Origin: Mizuhopecten yessoensis
Taxonomy: Eukaryota
Direction of reading: 5' to 3'
NCBI RefSeq assembly: GCF_002113885.1
Contig: NW_018404790.1
Span: 741,666 to 805,665 of the forward strand
DNA length: 64,000 bases
The position numbers and the translations under genes are program-made. The notes under the pieces are model-generated. The model was not told the DNA's origin. It saw only the letters and a list, made by a program, of their open reading frames with translations, and searched no databases. Positions within the stretch are counted from its first letter, which is position 1; each line of letters opens with the position of its first letter. Below, piece after piece: positions 51,101-63,530 of this stretch.

Positions 51101-52156
51101 TGTGGACAAATTTCTATTAAGATTTCTTTTAAAATTATATTTATTCCTGATGTGTACCTATAAACGATTTATACCAATCATAGTCACACTGCTAGTGACA
51201 AACATCTTTTGCTTTATTCCACTTGTGATGAAAATGTTTGAGAACGGTTCGTTAATATTGGTCATGGTTATGACCCCTAAACCTTCCTGTGAACATAGGC
51301 GTGGGCAAATATGGTGTTGAAATTAAATTTTTCATATTTACTTTCATTGTGACATCATAATTCACAAGGTTTTACCCTGGTTTAAAAGAAATTAGGTGTA
51401 AAGTTATATTCATCAGGCATAATATTATTATAGTTTTTAGTATAAAATGTTTCTCAAGATGATGCCCAAGGATCCTTGTACCCCTGCCAAAATATAACTA
51501 AGTGTTGGAAACTGCTTTTACTGGCATGTCTTGATAGCTCATTTCTGAAAGAAAACCATACCTTGTGGGACTTTTATAAAAAGTAATAAATACGAAATAA
51601 ACGGTGAACAAAATATTTTTGATTTGAACCCTGGACTTCCACTTGTTATACTAATTAACGCTTTAACGGATTGAGCTACCGGAACAACAGATGTTTCCTG
51701 GCCCAATTGTGCTACAGTTATATCCAAACGGAAGTTAAGGGGAGGTTACTGTATATTGGGAAAACCACAGTACAGTGGGACAGGGATCCTTAACTGATTA
51801 CTCTAGTTCCTGTTAGTTACTTTGAAAGAATATGGACGTATCTTACCTTGACTAGTTGGGAAGCCTGCACTCTCATTAGACTAAAGTTACTGAAATGTCT
51901 ACTTTACGAAATGTCTGTGTAAGTACAAATCATGGTGTATTGAAGTAAAACCCTGGTACCTGGTATATCACTTTTGTGTGACTGTCTACAAAATGTCTAT
52001 CATTATCATATTTAATTTTGTTTCATTATTCAGAATTATCAGAGATTCTATGATGAAAGGATCGTGAAGTTTGGCACAGTGAACAGTATGACCTTGGTAA
52101 CCGAGATGGCCGAGAAGCTGACCACAATGTTGGGTGGAAAAATGGAGTCTCTTCGG
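36180..52156 (+). CDS. CACNA2D: Voltage-dependent calcium channel subunit alpha-2/delta, 5' part; join(36180..36286,42956..43037,52034..52156,...continues beyond window)
   Basis: Exon 1 encodes a signal peptide, MATMTHRRPCLELFLLVFVACILQPGYSETLPELS, ending GT|gtaagt (phase 2). Exon 2 (ttcag|82 bp|gtaaga) gives VVQKWAEKLDNDFEKVAVDGTGSTVLTK. Exon 3 (ttcag|123 bp|gtaagt) gives NYQRFYDERIVKFGTVNSMTLVTEMAEKLTTMLGGKMESLR. Phases are compatible. The sequence resembles the alpha2-delta N-terminus (human CACNA2D1 IKSWVDKMQEDL...SGVNQL...[27 protein letters not shown], from memory). CACHD1-type relatives are not fully excluded. Confidence 0.8.
37165..37545 (+). mobile_element. Two tandem tRNA-derived units (~250-bp period), SINE-like
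   Basis: A box tagctcagttg(a/g)tagagc and B-box-like ttcgaacc at 37190-37255 and 37443-37505; acceptor stems do not pair properly. Confidence 0.7.
39490..39971 (+). mobile_element. 3' fragment of RTE-X-like LINE in alpha2-delta intron 1
   Basis: RIRTSTHSLAIEVGRY...RYCKQC...LEDEFHFLLVC...KPSVFK; AATAAA followed by an (AACTTG)n tail. Confidence 0.85.
41812..42350 (+). mobile_element. Helentron/HINE-like element with 156-bp internal repeats
   Basis: Sub-terminal inverted repeat tatacgtccgt / acgggcgtata; ggcaatgtcctcctaca at ~41896 and ~42052; 3' ...ctcttgtt end. Confidence 0.75.
43225..44830. repeat. 35-bp minisatellite (~44 copies)
   Basis: caacaatctgacaaagagaacagagatgtgacaac; period 35 (43331, 43366, 43401...). 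Confidence 0.95.
44875..45485. repeat. 43-bp minisatellite (~14 copies)
   Basis: ttaacattgcaaagacaaatgaaactgacaactagcagacaag; period 43 (45361, 45404). Confidence 0.93.
47750..48900 (+). mobile_element. Helentron/HINE-like element with five to six 156-bp satellite units
   Basis: Starts tttttagcccacc..ggtggg, then a (GTCC)-like microsatellite; tgttatcgctatttc at ~47846, 48000, 48156, 48312 and 48468; ends ggtgggtgcaaagatccctc..ttgtt. Confidence 0.85.
51618..51685 (-). mobile_element. tRNA-derived SINE head, degenerate
   Basis: Reverse complement ccggtagctcaatccgttaaagcg...ccagggttcaaatc (A and B boxes). Confidence 0.55.
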
Positions 52157-53499
52157 GTAAGTGCAGGAACATTTCTTAACTGTTGTGTCTTTGTCAGGAA
52201 TTCTTATTTGTAAAGAGCAAATTCAACTTTTTTCCACGAATCACATGTTCCTTTCTTTAAAAGGCACATGAGCAAAGAGACTTGTGTCTCAGTCAAATCC
52301 AAGGGCCTTTGTGAGGCACAAAGAAAGAAAATTGGCTTGAATTTCAAAATCTTCTTCTTCAGACCGAGAAGTCCTAGAATCAAATACTCTTCATATATAT
52401 GGAAATGTCTAAGGTGCTTTATGAAGATGGTGAATTTCATTATCCCTGAGTCATCCCTTCCCTGCAGGCTGGGGAAGGGATAGATAGGAAATAGGAATTT
52501 TATACAACATTTCAACCAATCTCTGATGTCGTGTGACTCCCCTTATCGATGTGTATTTACTGGATACAACAAACTACCACACATGGCTGTATTCTATGTA
52601 TGTTAAACATGTGCATTTGACATTGTGTTGTTACAGCCTATGTGGCAACCAATAACTTTTAATAGCTTGAATACTAATTACCTCGTGGAATTTCATAGCC
52701 TATCACCATGGTTAAAACAATAAAGCTACCTATTACTTCTGTCTGAGCTTTGGGACCTACATTTACCTGTGCAACTGTCTGACTGCCATGATGCAACTAA
52801 GCACAGATTAATGAAAAGGGCCGATGAATATGCTCCCCTAAGGTCATACTATACCTGTGATAGGAAATTCTAGAGACATCCTTATGATGCAGCATTTCTG
52901 GTGTCAAGCAGGTCAACCATGCAAACAAATGGGAGATTCATTGGAATAGTAAAAGTCTGCAGGTTACGACCACAGTTTTTGGGTCTGACCTGTATGTAGC
53001 TACAAGATGTGAGTGAGCATGACTTTGCAGGTCTCTATCTGCTAGAGATCTCGGGATTGAATAGTTGATTTTGAAATAAACACAAAGTTAACGTTCATAC
53101 ACTCATGATCAGAATTTGATTAAAATGTTTTTTCATGTTCCAGGATTTGATTCAAACGTTTTTATGTCCCGGCCATTTTATGATGATGCAGTATTTCCCA
53201 TGTCTGTCTCGTCATGTCGTGTCCCCTCTCGATTCACTGATTCATTGCTTTCAGCTGCTACATTCAGATTTTGATAAAACTTTATACTATAAGGTCAAGT
53301 ACTAGAATACCTTCAAAGGAACGGTTCCAAGGTCAAGGTCACTATTATATAGATTATTCTTCATGGAGATATTTGTCCACAATTTCAGTGATATCACTCC
53401 AGTAACTTCATTTGTTAACAGGTTTTGTTTGATCAAATTTTTACAAAGGTCAAGGGTATGTGAATATTTCAAATACTTTGTACTTTGTGCTTCAGGAAC

Positions 53500-54252
53500 T
53501 AATGGTCACCAAAACGGGGGATATTAATTTGGGTTTGTCTGTCTGTCTGTCACGCTTTGTTTCCGTGCAATAACTACAACAAATAATAGCTGATTTTCTT
53601 CAAACTTGGTCACAGAGTTAAATGCCTTAAGGGCTTGGCCAAGTTTGATGACCACCTTCAGCGGACCCCATTTGGTGGAGTTATGGCCCCTTGAATAACG
53701 AAAAACGTCATTATCTGCCGTTTCTGTTCATTAACTCACGCAAATATTATCCGATTGTCTTCAAACTTAGTAACAGGGTTCAACACAATAAGGGCTCGAC
53801 AGCGTTTAACAACCACTTTAATTGGACTCCATTTGGCAGAGTTATGGCCCCTTGATTAACGAAAAACTTCATTATCTGCTGTTTCCGCCTAATAACTCTA
53901 GCAAATATTAGCCAAATTCATTCAAACTTGATAACAATGTTTGTGTTCCTCTGTCTTTCCACCTATCTCGGGCACTCTTTCGTTTTTGTGTGATAATTTC
54001 TGTAGATATTGTTCAGATGTTTCAGCCGAATTCCGTATGCACATCCGACTCATGCTAAGTTTGCCAACAGATGTGATTTGTGCATATTTATGGATAATCA
54101 ATGAGGTATAGGGCTTTTTTTCCCCTTCAAGTTTCAAGCTATACATTATGTCTCAACAGCAGGATACTCACATGTTTAAACCTGACCTCAATAACGTTAA
54201 CCTACAATATGTCCTGCAAGCGGGGGATATAAATTCCACAAATTTGCTTGTT
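53500..54252 (+). mobile_element. Helentron/HINE-like element with ~160-bp repeats
   Basis: cgggggatattaattt..(GTCT)n start; gagttatggccccttga repeated (~53677, ~53839); ends cgggggatataaattccacaaatttgcttgtt. Confidence 0.7.
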
Positions 54253-55029
54253 TTCAAATTACTTTCAAGTTCTGCTATTTCAAGGCAATTTTTTCTGGCT
54301 TTAATTTGCAGCAACTCATGTATCAACCTATTGTGGACTTCTGAACCTTGTTTTAGACTCCTACAACCATAGCAAGCATCCCATCCCTGTACAGCCTGCC
54401 CCATGTTCTTCTACTTGTCCGCGCAGCGAAGTCCTTTACCGTAATTTATTGTGTCACATTAAAAATGGGAAGTTTGGTATGTTTTGCAATTGTTCAAATT
54501 TTTAAAAAGTAGTGTTGGTTTTAAAGAACCTAAAACACTACATTTTTGGCCGCAGTATTTTGTTGGAATGTGGATTGCTTACAATTGTAAAACTAATCAA
54601 TTATGTTTTATCTAAATGGACTGTGTGGTGCATGTATGTGCACAAATGGAGTATTTATTAATTTAGAATGCATTATATTGACAATTGATATTTTGCACCA
54701 GCAGTCAAAGTAGGGTGTATGTTAAAGTGAAATGTTGTGTTCAACACCTTCTAGCTAAAAGTTACATCATACACAGATGACAGCTGTACATTTATTACTC
54801 TAAAACCATCCATCTGTAACTTTGCCTGTTGTTGTGATTTTTTTTTCTTTTTTTTTCTCTTCTCTTACTATAATAGCAATGACTAGATAAGCATCAGTTA
54901 CAATGGTGCAGTGTTTTGTCAGTGTCCAGGGACTGTTATATAAAACCATTGCTGTGCTGTTGGCGAAAGTACTCTTAGGCTAACATTTGTTGTGTTGTTG
55001 AGTATAGAAGTAATTTATGAGGCACATAG

Positions 55030-55380
55030 TCTATAGTCTAGTGGTAGGATGCCGGGCTCGTGACGAAAGGGTTTCGAGTTCTGGTCACGTTACGGCACGT
55101 GCACTCGCACTGTATCTTTGAATAAGATACTTTATGCCGCTTGTTCCAGTCTACTAAGCTGTAAATGAGTACATGGTTGGGCAGTGCTGGAATTGTTGAA
55201 TGCTTAAGCTGTGAGCGCCAAAAATGGCAGCACCGGCTGTATATGCTCCCTAGGGAGTTGAGAAAGGTATTGGCTGGTTGCAAAGGCTCTATAACCACAG
55301 ATAATAATTTGTGAACCACTTTGAGACGACCTACAAACTAGGTTTTGATAAAGCGGTATATAAAAACCACGAATTATCCT
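55030..55380 (+). mobile_element. tRNA-derived SINE with CORE-like centre and L2-like tail
   Basis: tagtctagtggtagg (A box), ggtttcgag (B-like), gtatctttgaataagatacttta...gctgtaaatgagtac, tail ccactttgagac...taaagcggtatataaaa. Confidence 0.6.
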
Positions 55381-56157
55381 TATTTACTGTTAACTGGTAG
55401 TAGGTTAAGCTTTATTGTAATAGGAATACATGGGACAAATCGATGGATTAAGGAATATGACAAATTAATGCATTATGGTATTTTAAAAAAGCTATTGTTT
55501 TTCAAATTTAACAGAAAACTTAAAATAATCAGTTTAGGATACTCAAATTTTAAACGGAAACTTTGCGCTGTAATAGGGTATTTCAAATTCAAAAATAATT
55601 TACCACCGGTAATGTTATCATTGTCAGTTCAAGGGCCAGGGCTAACTACATACTCTTGAGTGATATAAGCTTCAATCTGTCATGGTAGTGACATCTTCAG
55701 TGTAATATGATCCCATTCCCAATATTTCTGAACATTGGTATTATTTCAAACAATCCTTTCCTTTTTCTCCATAAATCAACAGAAAAGTTTGAGTGACCAG
55801 TGAAATCAAATCATAGTGAGGTAGACTACCTAGGTAACGACTAAATTGTAATTAATCTGAGAAGTATCCAACCATCCTTACCTTTGATGCTGGTGAAAAA
55901 TACATTTAACACACATTTGTAATAGCCACGTCTGGTTCATCATTTCTTATCATCCAAGGTGGTTATGCTACATTGCATCTTAATTGAAATGACAGTTTTT
56001 ATCTAAAGCTATGATTGGAATGATGTTCATTTGACTTCATTTTTCTCTCATAACAGTTTCACACGATTTATCAACAGCAGAATCTTTTTAAGGAAAAAGT
56101 GATAAATAATTGCACATGTAGGAAATGTGAACAATTAAGTGAAGCAGATTGTAAAGG

Positions 56158-58272
56158 TCTGTATCCTCCTCCTTTGGAGAGAGCTGAAGGAGTCGATCGA
56201 TATCTGTATCTTGGTCCGTTGGAGGGGGCTGTAGGAGTCTGTATCTTGGTCCTTTGGAGGGGGCTGTAGGAGTTTGTATCTTGGTCCTTTGGAAGGGCTT
56301 TGGAGTCTGTATCTTGGTCCTTTGGAGGGAGCTGTAGGAGTCTGTATCTTGGTCCTTTGGTAGGTGCTGTTGGAGTCTGTATCTTGGTCCTTTGGTAGGT
56401 GCTGTAGGAGTCTGTATCTTGGTCCTTTGGAGGCAGCTGTAGAAGTCTGTATCTTGGTCCTTTTGAGGGAGCTGTAGGAGTCTGTATCTTGGTCCTTTTG
56501 AGGGAGCTGTAGGAGTCTACAACTACAGACTACATGTATCTTATTTGCCCTGTAGAGGGAGCTGTAGGAGTCTACGACTACAGACTACATGTATCTTATT
56601 TGCCCTGTAGAGGGAGCCTTGGTCCTTTTGAGGGAGCTGTAGGAGTCTTTATCTTGGTCCTTTGGAGGGAGCTGTAGGAGTTTGTATCTTGGTCCTTTGG
56701 AAGTGCTTTGGAGTCTGTATCTTGGTCCTTTGGAGGGAGCTGTTGGAGTCTGTATCTTGGTCCTTTGGAGGGGGCTGTAGGAGTTTGTATCTTGGTCCTT
56801 TGGAGGAAGCTGTAGGAGTCTGTATCTTGGTCCTTTGGGGGGAGCTGTAGGAGTCTGTATCTTGGTCCTTTGTAGGGGGCTGTTGGAGTCTGTATCTTGG
56901 TCCTTTGGAGGGGGCTGTTGGAGTCTGTATCTTGGTCCTTTGAAAGGGGCTGTAGGAGTCTGTATTTTGGTCCTTTTGAGGGAGCTGTAGGAGTCTACAA
57001 CTACAGACTACATGTATCTTATTTGCCCTGTAGAGGGAGCTGTAGGAGTCTACGACTACAGACTACATGTATCTTATTTGCCCTGTAGAGGGAGCCTTGG
57101 TCCTTTTGAGGGAGCTGTAGGAGTCTTTATCTTGGTCCTTTGGAGGGAGCTGTAGGAGTTTGTATCTTGGTCCTTTGGAAGGGCTTTGGAGACTGTATCT
57201 TGGTCCTTTTGAGGGAGCTGTAGGAGTCTTTATCTTGGTCCTTTTGAGGGAGCTGTAGGAGTCTTTATCTTGGTCCTTTGGAGGGAGCTGTAGGAGTTTG
57301 TATCTTGGTCCTTTGGAAGGGCTTTGGAGACTGTATCTTGGTCCTTTTGAGGGAGCTGTAGGAGTCTTTATCTTGGTCCTTTGGAGGGAGCTGTAGGAGT
57401 TTGTATCTTGGTCCTTTGGAAGGGCTTTGGAGACTGTATCTTGGTCCTTTTGAGGGAGCTGTAGGTGTCTGTATCTTGGTCCTTTGGAGGGGGCTGTTGG
57501 AGTCTGTATCTTGGTCCTTTGAAAGGGGCTGTAGAAGTCTGTATCTTGGTCCTTTTGAGGGAGCTGTAGGTGTCTGTATCTTGGTCCTTTGGAGGGGGCT
57601 GTTGGAGTATCTTGGTCCTTTGGAGGGGGCTGTTGGAGTATCTTGGTCCTTTGGAGGGGGCTGTTGGAGTATCTTGGTCCTTTGGAGGGGGCTGTTGGAG
57701 TATCTTGGTCCTTTGGAGGGGGCTGTTGGAGTATCTTGGTCCTTTGGAGGGGGCTGTTGGAGTATCTTGGTCCTTTGGAGGGGGCTGTTGGAGTATCTTG
57801 GTCCTTTGGAGGGGGCTGTTGGAGTATCTTGGTCCTTTGGAGGGGGCTGTAGGAGTTGGTATCTTGGTCCTTTGGAGGGAGCGGTAGGAGTCTGTATCTT
57901 GGTCCTTTGGAGGGTGCTGTAGGAGGCTGTATCTTGGTCCTTTGGAGGGGGCTGTAGGAGTTTGTATCTTGGTCCTTTGGAAGGGCTTTGGAGTCTGTAT
58001 GTTGGTCCTTTGGAGGGAGCTGTAGGAGTCTGTATCTTGGTCCTTTGTAGGGGGCTGTAGGAGTCTGTATCTTGGTCCTTTGAAAGGGGCTGTAGGAGTC
58101 TGTATCTTGGTCCTTTTGAGGGAGCTGTAGGAGTCTACAACTACAGACTACATGTATCTTATTTGCCCTGTAGAGGGAGCTGTAGAAGCCTACAACCACA
58201 GACTACATGTATCTTATTTGTCCTGTGGAGGGAGCTGTAGGAGTCTACAACTACAGACTCCATGTATCTTGT
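56158..58272. repeat. 35-bp G-rich minisatellite with a 31-bp variant block and ~54-bp variant units
   Basis: gtatcttggtcctttggagggggctgtaggagtct; 31-bp variant at ~57580-57850; explains ORFs 56662-58199. Confidence 0.95.
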
Positions 58273-58909
58273 ACTGAAGACAGAGCTGACTTCACTGTGA
58301 TGTCCTCTGGGACAGGAAGCCCCCATCTTTTATAGCATGGCAACACCAGGCTGTTGTGGCAGGTCATCCTAATGGGTGTGATGGGATGCATGATTGACAT
58401 GCAGGGGAATTTCCAAGGTCATATTTCATTAAAGGTCACCAGAAAGATATCGACCACCATCAAATCTCAGCTCATGTGAAATGCCCATCTTTCAAATCTG
58501 TGGTTTATGGTCTTTTTAAAGTCAACTGGGCCATCCCTGCCCAGACATCAATTGTGACTGGGAATTGCAACCATTTACGGAATATAGGATCAAACCTGTA
58601 GGTCAGCTATTTTAGAAATATGTTGGAAAGGACACTGAGAAGCTGTTGAAATATAACCACACACAGTAGTCTCAGCAATGTAAAGCTTGTCCTAAAGTTA
58701 CACATATATCATACTGTCGACTCTCAGCGAAGCAATAAAGTCAGATCTGAAAATGTCTCTTGAACTCTTGAAGTCTTGGAAAGGTAAATGAAGAAGTCTT
58801 GTAACTGTCACCAGGGTTAATTGTAGGTCTCGGAGGAAAAACAACTTTTGACTTCTGAAGCATTGTGTGATACATAGTATCAGTGCAGTTTAACTGATTA
58901 ACACTTATG

Positions 58910-59655
58910 TGACCAATGTGATAATCAATAATACAAAAGGTCACCAATGTGATAATCAATAATACAAAAGGTCACCAATTTGATAATCAATAATACAAAA
59001 GGTCACAAATGTGATAATCAATAATACAAAAGGTCACGAATGTGATAATCAATAATACAAAAGGTCACGAATGTGATAATCAATAATACAAAAGGACAAC
59101 AATTTGATAATCAATAATACAAAAGGTCACCAATGAGATAATCAATAATACAAAGGTCACCAATGTGATAAACAATAATAAAAAAGGTCAACAATGTGAT
59201 AATCAATAATATAAAAGGCCACCAATGTGATAATCAATAATACAAAGGTCCCCAATGTGATAATCAATAATACAAAGGTCCCCAATGTGATAATCAATAA
59301 TACAAAAGGACAACAATTTGATAATCAATAATACAAAAGGTCACGAATGTGATAATCAATAATACAAAAGGGCACCAATTTGATAACCAATAATACAAAA
59401 GGGCACCAATTTGATAACCAATAATACAAAAGGGCACCAATTTGATAACCAATAATACAAAAGGTCACCAATTTGATAATCAATAATATAAAAGGTCATC
59501 AATGTGAGAATCGATAATACAAAAGGTCACCAATGTGATAATCAATAATACAAAAGGTCACCAATTTGATAATCAATAATACAAAAGGTCACCAATTTGA
59601 TAACCAATAATACAAAAGGTCACCAATTTGAAAATCAATAATACAAAAGGTCAAA
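58910..59655. repeat. 31-bp AT-rich minisatellite (~24 copies)
   Basis: aatgtgataatcaataatacaaaaggtcacc. Confidence 0.95.
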
Positions 59656-59749
59656 AATATAGATACTGTATTTCCTACTGTAATTAGTGCCCAGTGCACA
59701 TAAAAACTGTCTGGAACTGTTGACTTGGTGTAAGTTAATGAAGCTAGCT

Positions 59750-59900
59750 ACACCTGGTTCCTGTGCTTTGTCTCTACTCTTCAGTTGATTGATCAGTGTC
59801 TACATGATGTTTGTCAGTTATAACTGACACCTGGTTCCTGTGCTTTGTCTCTACTCCTCAGTTGATTGATCAGTGTCTACATGATGTTTGTCAGTTATAT
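59750..59900. repeat. ~77-bp direct duplication
   Basis: acacctggttcctgtgctttgtctctact..cagttgattgatcagtgtctacatgatgtttgtcagtta occurs twice. Confidence 0.85.
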
Positions 59901-62900
59901 ATGACACACTCATTAAACTACATGTACATAGAAGCATGTTGTAGTTATTAGTGGCCCATGCACAAACAGGACCATTTCATTAAGGCATGTTACTTCTTTA
60001 CGCACTGTTGCAGGTTTGGCTATAGTGGCTGTAAGCTTCAGTTCATTAGAATGTGATGCTGTGGCCCCAAGCTCAGGGTGCACATGATGCCATAGATATG
60101 GATGCTGTTCATTATAGAGTTTAAGCATGTACCCGATTAAACATACCAATACTGTTTAAGCAAGGTGCCATTCCTCGTAAATTATTGATCTAAGGGAAGA
60201 AACACCTTGTGTGAAGGATAATTAAGGCTGCTCCAGACACTTAGCTGTACACAAACGGTCTGTTTTATGTTCCCGATAAGAAAGAACAAGCACAATCAGT
60301 GTTAACACTGGTTTGTATCTTATCTTGCCATACCTGTAAATCTCTCTCCCCCCCCNNNNNNNNNNNNNNNNNCCCCCCCATGCCTAGGTTATTTCACTGG
60401 ACAAAGACACCAACAACATTGCTGATCATTGATGTAGCATCGCAAGATAAAAACCAATCATGGGGACGCTATTAAATCTTTTCTATGCCAATATTTTCTC
60501 TCCAGGGCTGATGATGTGCTAATCACGTTGTCAAATTCAAGCTGCAATTATTCTCAGCCTTGAGCTGGTATTCTGTTTGTTTGGCTATAAATCTTCTTTT
60601 TTTTTCAAAACAAAATTGCAAAGGGAAGATTCAAACCATTTCACATGCATGTCACTTTCTCATTTAATGTAAGACACATGTCTAGCATAAAGTATTAGCT
60701 GGAATCGTTTCCAACAGTCATTACTGTATCAATTGAAAGTTTCAAATATTTTTACATTCCTTCCCTCTTTAAATCTACAGCACAATATAAAATATTAAAC
60801 ACAACTTCTTCTCTTTCTAAATCTACAGCACAATTTAAATATTACAAAAGAACGATAATCCCTCCCTCGTTACATCAACAACACTATAAAACACTAAACA
60901 CAACACCTCAGTATAATCGATAACACAACTTAAAATATCAGATAAAAAATTGTGTTTCCAGAACTTTGATTGGCAAGACATGATCATGTGTGGGCTTAAA
61001 TCCTTGTTGCAAGGTTTGCTAATATAATGATGTAGCATATTAACCCCCATGTGTCTATTTTTGTCTTGCATGTGACCATATGGACTTCATGATATATGTC
61101 AACTTCGAGTGCTAGCTGGAGTCAAATGTTAATAATGGGTATAATGGTTATGTAGCTTTAAGAATCTTCATAAAACCTTCTAAGGCCTAAGTTCCTGATA
61201 TTTGGCTATGAGGTACCCTGCACAGATTGCTTTAAGGGTTTTCATATAAATGACCTTTAAGAGACTTTCAAGGTTACATTGGCCATTAACATTGTTTGGC
61301 ATGAAGAAAACAACACCAAGTATGCTTCTGTGATTAACCCTGGAATATAATCCTACCCCTGGGGACATAGTTTCTGATCATTACGTTGAAATGATTGAGA
61401 TCTGCACCCTATAACATTAATATACATGATGTATATAGATCTCAACCAGATTTTATGAAGCATCCTTGATTCCAAAACCCAAAAAGGGGAAATATTTGTA
61501 AGACTACTATTAATGAGAATATTTTGCAATGATTGCTTAAATATCCAGGTGAGTGAACCGCAGGCCCTTTGAGCCCCTTGTTTGAAGATTGAACTTAGCT
61601 TAGACTAGCTAAATCAGCTTCAATCTGTAATAACAGAAATGATTGTTTAACCACACAAAAAACACTGTCATGGATTCAGGTCCACATTTAAACACACCAG
61701 TGAATGTTCAGGTGGTCATGGAGATGTCCTTGCTGAACTGTTCGTAGCTATATATATAGTCAGGGTTATATCCAGGTTTAAATAGGCCAAGTATTAGCCA
61801 TTGATAGACCTTCGTCAGCACAGCTTTGATTCATATTTTTCCAAGAACTGCATGTGGAAGGGCCTACACAAATAATCTCTGTCATATAATGGCAAGACAC
61901 AACATACAGCTGGCACAAGGCATTGTTAGTACACATGTAGATGGCAAATAACCCTAAGAAATTCTATAGAGAGATTCCTTTAATTTCTATTCTTAATTTC
62001 CTTTTGGAGATACACTTTTTTTCTTTCAAGGAATGACTATCAAAACGTCATAAAAGGCCACAGTTTGTAGCCGAGTTTAGAATTTTTGTTAAAGCAAATT
62101 AAGCTAATTGATACTCTGACATGACCATTAGGACACAGATTCCTACAATTAAGGCGCATATATTCCTGGGTTCCTATTAGAATACAGTAACTATCCCATC
62201 CAGGAACATGGAAAATAGCACAAGATGCACAACAGTATCTGTATGAACTAGGTTAGGTATGTTATTGATCAAGGAGAAATTTTACCACAAGGACTTCAAG
62301 TTCTTCATCCAAAAATATAAAAAAAATGGGTTCTCAAGTCAATGATGAAAAAAAGGTTTTCAGCTCACCTGGCAAGGAGTCTTTAAATTACTACAACTTC
62401 AGTTAGAATCCTGTTCAGTGTTGTATTAAATGAAGGTAATGGCTAACCTGGGGGCTGAGATGTGGGGTTCAATACGGGAAATGAGGTGGGGGCTATAGGG
62501 TATGGGGGAGTGAGTTTGGAATTTTATTATTTTTAGAACTTTTCCATAAAAGTGATTTGGGAACATATTTCACACGGAGCTCCCTAGGGCCAAGAGAATT
62601 CAAAGTCATGATTATAAATGAGAAATGTATGTTTCATCTAGGATAGAGGCCAAAGGGCAGGGTTTAATATGGGAAAAGAGCGTTTGAACAAAAAATATGC
62701 TTCTACAGTATTGTCATTTTGTAATTGTTCTGACTTAAATTTAGTATGGAGCATCCCTGGGCTATATCTATTCAACTTCCTTATAGTGCCCAGCTGGAAT
62801 TATTACCTCATAACCTAAGCAAAGTAGAAAAGTATTTGATAAATACATGTTACCATGCTGTCTTCTGTTTATACATTGAGTACACTACTGGGACTGGCCA

Positions 62901-63201
62901 GGGTAGATACATGGGGACCTATAGTGATTTACAATACATGGGGACCACATGTGTACTGCCTAGCTGTTGTAAGTATCTGAGTGGCCTAACATTGGGAAGT
63001 GATTAGTATGTCTACTGGAGCTGAGGCTGTCTGCCATTGATCCCTGTGTATATGTACATACGGCCATAACATTACATGATCTCCAGTGCTATCCTGTGAT
63101 TTCGGCAGCCACAGATCTTAGGCTGGACAGCTTTATATCATGAGTGTTTGAAATATGTGTTACTAAATCTTGATTAAAGAGGGACCATTTTTTTCCTGCA
63201 A

Positions 63202-63530
63202 TATAGTATAGTGGAACCTGTATTGTGTGACCACCATTAAGTGGTATCTTATTGCAGTAGCCGGGTTACAAAGTCAACACTTATAGTATAGTGGAACCTG
63301 TGTTGTGAGACCACCATTAAGTGGTATCTTATTGCAGTGGGCGGGTTACAAAGTCAACTTATATAGTATAGTGGAACCTGTGTTGTGAGACCACCATTAA
63401 GTGGTATCTTATTGCAGAAGGCAGGTTACAAAGTCAACATGAAAGTTAATGGAATGGGGAATCTGAAAAGTGGTCTTTGAACGTAGGTGATCTTGTAATA
63501 GAGGTGGTCTCCTGAGCAGGTTACAATTAC
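63202..63530. mobile_element. pogo/Tc1-like MITE with its left 80 bp triplicated
   Basis: tatagtggaacctgtgttgtgagaccacc x3 (63202, 63282, 63362); degenerate right TIR ggtggtctcctgagcaggtt at ~63503-63522. Confidence 0.65.

Noticed and set aside
56662-58199. 378-aa Pro/Gln/Lys-rich ORF and overlapping ORFs
   Set aside because: Minisatellite translation with unit lengths (35, 31) not divisible by three; no coding signature.
43225-59655. CRISPR-like appearance of the 31-43-bp repeat arrays
   Set aside because: Repeats are contiguous with no unique spacers, there are no cas genes, and the context is eukaryotic.
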